IMG/VR virus record: IMGVR_UViG_3300046703_000335
Coordinates: 146,409-210,408 of that record
Strand: one strand, 5' to 3'
DNA length: 64,000 nucleotides
Made by a program: the position numbers and the translations under genes
Notes under the pieces: generated by a model
Databases searched by the model: none
What the model saw: only the letters and a program-made list of their open reading frames with translations
Told to the model about the DNA's origin: nothing
Part shown: piece by piece, positions 29,837-37,242 of the stretch
How positions within the stretch are numbered: the first letter of the stretch is position 1
Layout: each line of letters opens with the position of its first letter

Positions 29837-31117
29837 TTATATATTCAATGGTAACTTTTTTTCATTATCCCTATCTTTACCATTAGAAAATACTATATTA
29901 TTTACTTTAAACGTCTTACCTTTAAAAGTCTCATCCCCTATAAAATTGTCCATGGAATCTTTTTTAACATATGCTATAGTAACATGGGGATTGTATGTCG
30001 GGAATGTGCTTTCATTTTTTATCTTTTTTACGAGATTATAATACAATTTCTCAAGATCTCCAGATTCTACTTCAATCTTAAGAACATCATATTCTTTTTT
30101 ATCCTTAAATGCATTAATCAAACCAAGGCGTACTTCAAAAGGTTTAATTTCTCCAATAATCTTTGCAGTCCTTATAGGAGAATCATCTGTAATCCCATAA
30201 AGCACTGTTACATGAATATCATCCTCTCGACCTTTTGAATTATCCCCTTCTACATATAATTTATTACCTGGTACATTATCCTTACCCCATTTTATAATTG
30301 ACTTAGATAAGGCATCCGGTAAATTGATTTTAGTACACGAATACTCATACTTCACTCCGGTTTTTGCAACTTTTGTACGTACATCAACGTAGGTACTAGA
30401 AGGAACATCATAAGTGAAGATAATTGATTCTGGATTGCGATTAGAAAATGTTTTTTTTACATGTTCAATATCTTTATAATTCTTAAGAAATGCCAAAGAG
30501 TTATCCGGATCAGAGAGACTTTTAATACTAAATGTGTTAAATCCTGTAGTAGCTTCACCATACTTTGGAATTCTTATAGTCTTACCAGAGAAAATATCAT
30601 TCACTACTTTTGGGATGGAATCCGTATCCAGGCGTTCAAATTTAAAATCTATAGCCCTTGAGGTACCTTTATCTGGAGATACGAAAGGCATAGCCATTTT
30701 TGAAAGTGTATTCGCGCACTTTCTTATTTTTGAGCTAATACTTTTCAAATTTTTTTCCTTTAGTTTATTTAAAAACTTTTTTACACTGTCGATACTGTCA
30801 AATTCCTTGACTATGCCACTACGCCTACCTATAAGTTCAAGAAATTTCTTTTCCCTATCTGATTGGTTACCGCCATTATAGAAAATAACATAATCTGAAT
30901 TTATCATCCCAGCTATTTCTTTATAAGTATTCTTTGCTGGATCATAATTATTATCAAAAGGGTCTAATAGGTATAAGTCTCCTCCAAACTCTTTCTCGAT
31001 TTCTTTACGCCAACTGTTATTCTGACAGTCTCCACCAAGAAAAATAACAGGGGTACCAGATTTTGGAGCGTTAACAATATCTTTATCAGATAAATAGGAT
31101 GTAATTAAACGAATCAT
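29837..31117 (-). CDS. Fusion: nucleoside 2-deoxyribosyltransferase-like Rossmann domain + 2H phosphoesterase (Acb1/T4 gp57B-like)
   Basis: N-terminal VIFLGGDC..SWR..LLDPF..EIAGMINSDYVIFY; C-terminal GREDDIHVTVLYG and YNPHVTIAYV (two HxT motifs). Confidence 0.7.
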   Translation of the reverse strand: MIRLITSYLSDKDIVNAPKSGTPVIFLGGDCQNNSWRKEIEKEFGGDLYLLDPFDNNYDPAKNTYKEIAGMINSDYVIFYNGGNQSDREKKFLELIGRRSGIVKEFDSIDSVKKFLNKLKEKNLKSISSKIRKCANTLSKMAMPFVSPDKGTSRAIDFKFERLDTDSIPKVVNDIFSGKTIRIPKYGEATTGFNTFSIKSLSDPDNSLAFLKNYKDIEHVKKTFSNRNPESIIFTYDVPSSTYVDVRTKVAKTGVKYEYSCTKINLPDALSKSIIKWGKDNVPGNKLYVEGDNSKGREDDIHVTVLYGITDDSPIRTAKIIGEIKPFEVRLGLINAFKDKKEYDVLKIEVESGDLEKLYYNLVKKIKNESTFPTYNPHVTIAYVKKDSMDNFIGDETFKGKTFKVNNIVFSNGKDRDNEKKLPLNI

Positions 31118-31317
31118 ATTCTAAGTAATTCTCGTGATAGTTCTCTAATAATATCTGAAGCGCACTTTTTCTTTTTATCCTTATCTCTCCACATACCTAA
31201 ACATTGAGCGATACTTTGATCTCTATCCTTGTTTTCAATGCGGACACATTGATGCATACAATCACCCATAAATTTTTGCTTGTCTCCATCATATTTGTTA
31301 GGATCAGGCATCATCAT
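31114..31317 (-). CDS. Small Cys-containing head-associated protein
   Basis: P.P.......FMGDCM.....E..D.DQ.IAQC..MW pattern seen in phage head-morphogenesis proteins. Confidence 0.5.
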   Translation of the reverse strand: MMMPDPNKYDGDKQKFMGDCMHQCVRIENKDRDQSIAQCLGMWRDKDKKKKCASDIIRELSRELLRI

Positions 31318-31565
31318 TCCCCTGTCTTAAGTAAATCACTATCAGTAGTCTTCTTATTTTCCGAAAAAGATTGGGCTGCTTTCGCACCTAAAACTCCAGC
31401 AATCAAAAGTGCTTCTGATGTCCCTAACGAAATAAAACCTCCACCCTTTATCATAGAAACAATATTATGTGCAGCAAAAACTATCATAATAGTTATACAT
31501 ACTACAAAAGACATCAAACGCATCATACTAATTTTTCCATCAGGACCAGTGAACAAACTACTCAT
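31314..31565 (-). CDS. Two-TM membrane protein, holin-like
   Basis: DGKISMMRLMSFVVCITIMIVFAA and LLIAGVLGAKAAQ hydrophobic helices; charged tail. Confidence 0.5.
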   Translation of the reverse strand: MSSLFTGPDGKISMMRLMSFVVCITIMIVFAAHNIVSMIKGGGFISLGTSEALLIAGVLGAKAAQSFSENKKTTDSDLLKTGE

Positions 31566-31587
31566 AATGCCCCCAATATCCTAAAGG

Positions 31588-32172
31588 TTACTCTGAAACT
31601 GCTTTTGTATATTCATCCATAGCAATTTTTAATTTTTTCACTAATAAAGTATATCCTCGCTTTTTCAAACAATCCTTAATATATGATAGTCTCTCAGCTG
31701 GATAACGTACTTCATCTATCTTTTTTGAAGAAATATTACGGGATGCTTCTTTACTTTTTGCATATTCTATTAAAGGTCTCATCTGTGCTTTTACATCAGG
31801 AGTAGCTTTATTATATGGACCAATCAAACGCTCTTCTCTCATAGCCCCTGTTTCAACCATATCCTCAATTTCTTTTTTAGGAACTAATCTCTTACCATCC
31901 CACATCATCAACTCTTCTTTACCAGTAGAAGAATTCAGTTCAATAACAAATTCTCCCTTTTCATACGGTTTGATATTAGGATCAGTAGGCTCATGAAAAG
32001 TTTTACCAGGTGTTCTATCACTCAATAATCGTGGACTATGCTTGGTTTCCCCAAAAAAAGGATACCCAGTAAGAGTCGCTTCCTTAATAGCTTTTAGCTC
32101 AGAAGCTTCTTTACTAAAACCACGTTCATTAAGAATATCAGAAATCTTATTTAGTCTACTTAAGATACTCAT
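31588..32172 (-). CDS. Hypothetical, probable head-internal protein
   Basis: N-terminal LSRLNKISDILNERGFSKEASEL; similar helix at the C-terminus (LSYIKDCLKKRGY). Confidence 0.55.
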   Translation of the reverse strand: MSILSRLNKISDILNERGFSKEASELKAIKEATLTGYPFFGETKHSPRLLSDRTPGKTFHEPTDPNIKPYEKGEFVIELNSSTGKEELMMWDGKRLVPKKEIEDMVETGAMREERLIGPYNKATPDVKAQMRPLIEYAKSKEASRNISSKKIDEVRYPAERLSYIKDCLKKRGYTLLVKKLKIAMDEYTKAVSE

Positions 32173-32888
32173 TATTTACCACCTTTAAGATATTTCTTTA
32201 AAAGCTTATCAAAATACGCTATTTTATCCTTTGGTAAGTAGCTTTTAGCTCCTCCAAGATAATATGAAAAGCTATCCGCCCAATCCTCCCAAGGGGATCT
32301 TTTTGCATAGAATCTTGTGAATCTAGCATATGGTGAATAATAATAATCTCCTATTACTTCAGGAGTACCTTTTTCATTAATATGTATTCTTTTAAGTCCT
32401 GGTTTTGGATATTTTGACCAACCAGATAATTCCTGCCAATCTTTTTTAAGAGATAGATCCCCATCTTCTCCCTGTGCTTCATCCCACCCATGACCAAGCT
32501 CATGATAAAGAGTTTGATCAAATTTATTTATTATAGACCCATTATCAGGATCTATAATTAACTTGGGGTCATTAAGCAATTGATCATTCATGATAAGAGT
32601 ATTATTAACATATTTACCATGATTCGGATAGTATTCCTTGGAGGGACCTAAGTCATCAAATGATAAAGATTTTATACCACACATCTTTACAATTTCTGGA
32701 GATATTCTCTGAAGGCTACTATATAATGCCTGGATACACTCAGGATTAGTTTTTCTATCTACATTAATACCATAAATTTCTTTGATACCAGAAAACAAAT
32801 CAGAGTTACGACTATGTTCTTCTAAATCAGCCGCAATTCTCCGTAGACGAAAAATAAGTTCTATTGGTGTACTTTTTATAGTCATCAT
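32172..32888 (-). CDS. Zincin-type metallopeptidase (lethal-factor-like)
   Basis: LYHELGHGWD (HExxH) and downstream YA..SPWEDWADSF third-ligand motif. Confidence 0.75.
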   Translation of the reverse strand: MMTIKSTPIELIFRLRRIAADLEEHSRNSDLFSGIKEIYGINVDRKTNPECIQALYSSLQRISPEIVKMCGIKSLSFDDLGPSKEYYPNHGKYVNNTLIMNDQLLNDPKLIIDPDNGSIINKFDQTLYHELGHGWDEAQGEDGDLSLKKDWQELSGWSKYPKPGLKRIHINEKGTPEVIGDYYYSPYARFTRFYAKRSPWEDWADSFSYYLGGAKSYLPKDKIAYFDKLLKKYLKGGK

Positions 32889-32903
32889 TACACTAAAAAA
32901 AAT

Positions 32904-32918
32904 ATTAATGTATTATTA
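32904..32918 (-). promoter_or_regulatory. Putative late promoter motif copy
   Basis: ATTAATGTATTATTA, next to a terminator. Confidence 0.4.
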
Positions 32919-32924
32919 TTTAAT

Positions 32925-32956
32925 AAAAAAGGTATTGGGCTACATACCCAATACCC
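32925..32956 (-). terminator. Rho-independent terminator
   Basis: GGTATTGGG / CCCAATACC stem with A6 on plus (T6 on minus). Confidence 0.7.
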
Positions 32957-32989
32957 TTATTAATATCTTACTATTCCTAAAAAATGAAT

Positions 32990-33748
32990 TTAACTATTAT
33001 GTGGTAAATTAGATCTATCTGTTTTTACCATTGGAGCATTAGGGGTAAAAGGAATTTCACCTGATCGGACTAACTTATCACGAAGACTCACACCACCATG
33101 CATAATATCCCCTTCTAATTTCTTCTTACCATCAGTATAAGTAATCAATCGAGCGGTATTACCAAATGCATCCTTTAGTTCTTCAACATTTTTTACAGTT
33201 TTATCAGCTTGTCCAGGTTTTCGAGAATTTTGTGCATCATCTACATTTACGCTATCCTGAAAACGAGACTTATGATGCTCAGCTTCTTGTTTATGATAAT
33301 TCTCCATAACTATCGCAAAACTTTTAGGATCCCCTTTTTCAAGTTGTCTCAAATCCTTAGCAGTATAAGTAACTGTGCCTCCCTGAGGAGCCTTAACTGT
33401 AATGGGGCTACCTTTTGCTTCTACCTGAGAAAGAAATGAAGAAGCAAGTACCATAGCTAACATAGCCAAGGATCTTATCTTAGGACTAACACCCATAGCT
33501 TCCTTATCCCCTATACCCTCTGTAGAAGGCGTATTCAAGTATTTCGCAACAATCTCAGCAGCATTCTGGGGATTAAGCGTAATACCTACCTCACGTGCCA
33601 ATTGAACTGCTTCAGGGGGGAAAGTAGTCATGGCTTCCAAAGATTCAGAAATCTTATCAATTTCATAAGCTTCTTTTAAATACCCATGAGACTCTACTGA
33701 ATCAGCAATTTTATCAAGAGCTTTAGCTATCTTCAAAAATTCACACAT
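32990..33748 (-). CDS. Hypothetical, probable head-internal protein with one hydrophobic helix
   Basis: KIAKALDKIADSVESHGYLKEAYEIDKISESLEA tag; KEAM; hydrophobic SLAMLAMVLASSFL. Confidence 0.55.
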   Translation of the reverse strand: MCEFLKIAKALDKIADSVESHGYLKEAYEIDKISESLEAMTTFPPEAVQLAREVGITLNPQNAAEIVAKYLNTPSTEGIGDKEAMGVSPKIRSLAMLAMVLASSFLSQVEAKGSPITVKAPQGGTVTYTAKDLRQLEKGDPKSFAIVMENYHKQEAEHHKSRFQDSVNVDDAQNSRKPGQADKTVKNVEELKDAFGNTARLITYTDGKKKLEGDIMHGGVSLRDKLVRSGEIPFTPNAPMVKTDRSNLPHNS

Positions 33749-33808
33749 ACTATCTCCACCTTCTATAGTGATTCAATAAACATACACGTCATATCCCTTA
33801 TACGCGAT

Positions 33809-33823
33809 ATTAATAGACTATTA
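33809..33823 (-). promoter_or_regulatory. Putative late promoter motif copy
   Basis: ATTAATAGACTATTA, 61 nt upstream of ATG 33748. Confidence 0.55.
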
Positions 33824-33840
33824 ATTTTTTAATAACCTTG

Positions 33841-33869
33841 TTGTTATGCTCATTCTAAACCAGTATATT
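33841..33869 (+). promoter_or_regulatory. Sigma70-type promoter
   Basis: TTGTTA-N17-TATATT, then AAGGAG RBS and ATG 33899. Confidence 0.5.
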
Positions 33870-33898
33870 ATTAATAGACACACTAACAAGGAGACTTT

Positions 33899-34405
33899 AT
33901 GTTGAATAAGAAACTAATAATCATGTTGACCGTAATTTTAATGTCAGTAATTAATATCTCTGCAAAAAATATCCTCAGCATCTATGATAGTCATAAAAAG
34001 CTATATACCAGCAAGTCACTGAACCCTGCTTATATTGGACCTCTATTTGCCACTGGGGGAGCCATGACAGACATTAACCGGTATATCAACAATATGGCAC
34101 CAGAGAAGATTGGGCATTTCACCAGTAATACTTTAGTTCTTATTGAAACAGACACCCTCCTAAATCAGGTGTATACATTTAATAAAGTGACAGCCTATAA
34201 TGTGACAAAAGATACCAATAGCTTTAATATAATGCACATAGTTGGTACTCTGGGGGGAGAAAAGTATGATATAATTGTAGAAATAAAAGAGGGACCAGAG
34301 TATGATCGGATCATCACGATCTATAAGAATCTTAAACCTATAACAATAATTTTGTGGTTAGATAATTCAAAAATTACTCAGAAGAAAGCTCCTACTACTA
34401 TCTAA
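33899..34405 (+). CDS. Secreted hypothetical protein (moron-like)
   Basis: Signal peptide MLNKKLIIMLTVILMSVINISA; own promoter and terminator; opposite strand. Confidence 0.65.
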   Translation: MLNKKLIIMLTVILMSVINISAKNILSIYDSHKKLYTSKSLNPAYIGPLFATGGAMTDINRYINNMAPEKIGHFTSNTLVLIETDTLLNQVYTFNKVTAYNVTKDTNSFNIMHIVGTLGGEKYDIIVEIKEGPEYDRIITIYKNLKPITIILWLDNSKITQKKAPTTI

Positions 34406-34419
34406 CATCATATAGCAGT

Positions 34420-34460
34420 AAAGGCTCCTGGTACAAAACAACCTGTACCAGGAGCCTTTT
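34420..34460. terminator. Bidirectional terminator between convergent genes
   Basis: AAAGGCTCCTGGTACA ... TGTACCAGGAGCCTTT 16-bp stem. Confidence 0.8.
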
Positions 34461-34475
34461 TAATACACTATCCGT

Positions 34476-37058
34476 TTACATAAACTCTTTTAAGAATCTT
34501 CCATGATCAGCAGCAATAGGAGCTACTTTGAAAAGTTCTTCTTTTAGCGAAGCATATTTCTTACCAGCATTAAACAATCGCTTCATCTTAAGAGTATAAT
34601 TATTTCCTCGAATCTTCCCATACTCATAGAAGGACAGAGCTTTATTCTGTGCGAGGCATTCTTTAAAATACTCTGACACTATTATAGTAGGAGTCTCAGC
34701 CTGATATTGTGGTATCATCCCACAGGCTTCTATAAACTTATTCCAACTACCATAATAGTGCTCAATAACATGTGAGGGTGCCCCCAAAATTGATTTTTCA
34801 CGATAGGTCTCTCGAGACATCCCTAATTTTAAGCTAACTTCTTTAAACTTATTCTGGATTGTATTCTCGTCAAAAGATACCGAAAAAGCTCTTTTATTTA
34901 CTTCATGTGGAGCATCAGTGCACTTTATAATATTATCATAACTGTTTTTTAAGTTAACCCAGTTAATCGAGTCCTTAACATGTCTGGAAAACAACAAGAT
35001 AACTTCATAACTGTCTGAGGTAGTCACATGCTTAAAAGGTATTCTCAACACTTTAAATAACTTATACCCTAAATTACTACATGTGTTTATTGATCTTTCA
35101 ATAAGGGGAACTTTTTGGTTGGGGCTATAACAGACACCGAATACTCCATCCTCCCTCAAGGATTTAATACAACCTTTTACAGTAGCATCCCAATACTGAG
35201 TCAACCAATCGGAAAGTTCTGGAAATCTATTGATACTTTGAGATTCTTCATTAGAATAGCTTTCATAATCAAAGTATGGTGGTGATGAAAATGCTAATCC
35301 AAAATAATTCGTGTAAGGGATATCAACTTCAGAGCCCTTATTGTGTACACAATAATTTCCCCCTAAGTTAGCTTTTACAAATGCTCCGAAATTTAATAGA
35401 TTTTCATATGTTATAGTATTAGGCTCAAAACCTACATACTCCATACCTAAAGACATTGCTGCCAGCATCCTTGAACCAAAACCAGCAGAATAATCTAATA
35501 CCTTACCATTTTTACAAAAGTTGGCATATATATACCTAGCTATTGAGGGCTTAAAGTTACTTACAACAGTATTCATTAACTTTAGCCCTTTACGCATTGA
35601 AGAATCATTTATTCTATCTGCGTACCTCAACCTATTCTCTACTAACTTTTTAAAAAAAGTCTCATCAACCCATACATCTATAGGTGCTGGATAACCTTTA
35701 CGTTTACTGCTATATATATTCGGAAAAAACTTCTCGCATAATTCCATCCCAGAGGTGTTAAAGCTTAAGAGATCGCCATCACATGTTGAAATCCCGTTGT
35801 CTTTAAAGCTCCTTAACAAATAAAGAGCCCTACTGTCTGATATGTCTGAAAATGGAAAAGGTTTCCCCCAATATTGCTCAAAAGTCATATTAAACATCCG
35901 GGCCTTCATAACATCATTACCTACCCTATAAAATTTAGGATGTACCATTAATGGGGTTAAGGTATTAACCTTATCGGGGATTAAGAACTCTTCAGGTATC
36001 TTATATAGGACATCCGGAGTGGCTACTTGATATACAATATCAAAAAATTCCTTATAAAATTTTTTAGAAAAACTTATCCCACTTTTATAAAGCTGAAAAC
36101 CCCACCCCAACTTATTCTCTAAAAAATCAACAAAAGCACTTAGTTGTTCCTTTATAGGGCAATAATTATTAATTATAAGAAATCGAGAATCATCATCGTA
36201 ATAACCATCATCTATAAACCAATAGGCCAATATTCTTTCATCCCAGTACTCTGAAATTAAGTCTATTGGAATTAGCTTACCTTCAACACCCTCTTTATAA
36301 AAAGATTCTCTAAACTTTGAGAAATGTTCACTCTGAATTGTTGCAAAACGTAACCCTGTTCCGTTATCACAGGGGTAGCAATTAGTGGAATAAGGTTCTA
36401 AAAGTTTATGTTTTAAACGAAGGTACTGCTCTTGTTTTAATGAGTGACTCTCATAATATCTTGGAGAAGAATCTATTCCACCATCCCCAAGTAGACCACC
36501 AATAATTAAGACAATCTGATTATGTGTTAAAGGAGGAGACTGCTTCTGTGTTTTTAATAAAATCCCTTTATCTTGTATTATAGGTCTCCAAGTAGTTTTT
36601 GAAACACCATATTTAGAAGAAAATTCTTCTTGTGTTAATTCATAATAATCTTTTTCAAGAACTTCTTTTGGAGTCTGTATGACTCTTTCTTTTTGTATAT
36701 CATTAACTTTTATAGATATCCCAAGATTCAATTTCTTCCTTCTATATGCTACACCCTCTCCAGACATCTTAAAAAGTTTGCCAATATTTGAATCTGTTTT
36801 TCCTTCAGCGTGCAAGGTTCTCAAGATATCATCAGTGAGTTTATTCTTAAGATCTTTTCGTATACCCTCATACACCACAGTAATTTTCGAGTTATATGCC
36901 CCTCTACTATCCGAAGTAATACCATAGGTTTTCATTCGCTTAAAGATTGCATCTTCTGAGACACCAAAAATTCCACCTATAGCTTTTGCAGTAAAACCAA
37001 AATCGCAATATAGCCTTTTTATGGATTCCATATTTAATTCTTCGATAGTATACTGCAT
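34476..37058 (-). CDS. Fusion: HTH repeats + LAGLIDADG endonuclease + amino (N4C/N6A) DNA methyltransferase + homing-endonuclease-associated repeat
   Basis: IIGGLLGDGGI and LAYWFIDDGYY; MTase motif I LDYSAGFGSR and motif IV FSSPPYFDYE; PSHVIEHYYGSWNKFIEACG; 860 aa. Confidence 0.8.
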   Translation of the reverse strand: MQYTIEELNMESIKRLYCDFGFTAKAIGGIFGVSEDAIFKRMKTYGITSDSRGAYNSKITVVYEGIRKDLKNKLTDDILRTLHAEGKTDSNIGKLFKMSGEGVAYRRKKLNLGISIKVNDIQKERVIQTPKEVLEKDYYELTQEEFSSKYGVSKTTWRPIIQDKGILLKTQKQSPPLTHNQIVLIIGGLLGDGGIDSSPRYYESHSLKQEQYLRLKHKLLEPYSTNCYPCDNGTGLRFATIQSEHFSKFRESFYKEGVEGKLIPIDLISEYWDERILAYWFIDDGYYDDDSRFLIINNYCPIKEQLSAFVDFLENKLGWGFQLYKSGISFSKKFYKEFFDIVYQVATPDVLYKIPEEFLIPDKVNTLTPLMVHPKFYRVGNDVMKARMFNMTFEQYWGKPFPFSDISDSRALYLLRSFKDNGISTCDGDLLSFNTSGMELCEKFFPNIYSSKRKGYPAPIDVWVDETFFKKLVENRLRYADRINDSSMRKGLKLMNTVVSNFKPSIARYIYANFCKNGKVLDYSAGFGSRMLAAMSLGMEYVGFEPNTITYENLLNFGAFVKANLGGNYCVHNKGSEVDIPYTNYFGLAFSSPPYFDYESYSNEESQSINRFPELSDWLTQYWDATVKGCIKSLREDGVFGVCYSPNQKVPLIERSINTCSNLGYKLFKVLRIPFKHVTTSDSYEVILLFSRHVKDSINWVNLKNSYDNIIKCTDAPHEVNKRAFSVSFDENTIQNKFKEVSLKLGMSRETYREKSILGAPSHVIEHYYGSWNKFIEACGMIPQYQAETPTIIVSEYFKECLAQNKALSFYEYGKIRGNNYTLKMKRLFNAGKKYASLKEELFKVAPIAADHGRFLKEFM

Positions 37059-37090
37059 CTTATTCCCCCTATTATGTAAATTATTAAGTA

Positions 37091-37119
37091 AGTATACTAT
37101 ATTTTACGCCAATAATCCA
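37091..37119 (-). promoter_or_regulatory. Sigma70-type promoter for the LAGLIDADG-MTase gene
   Basis: TGGATT-N17-TATACT on minus (weak -35), then AGGGGG RBS. Confidence 0.4.
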
Positions 37120-37145
37120 TAAATTTTAGATCCTTATGCACAAAT

Positions 37146-37181
37146 AAAAAAGGATTGGTAATTTTACTTACCAATCCTAAA
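37146..37181 (-). terminator. Terminator after major capsid gene
   Basis: AGGATTGGTAA / TTACCAATCCT stem with T run on minus. Confidence 0.7.
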
Positions 37182-37242
37182 ATGATAACCTGATGTTTTA
37201 CTTTAAGGTAGTATGTAAACACACTACCTTTACAGTTGAAAA

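Noticed and set aside
34476-37058. LAGLIDADG domain as an intein inside a methyltransferase
   Set aside because: No N-terminal Cys/Ser block A and no HN-(C/S/T) C-terminal junction flank the domain.
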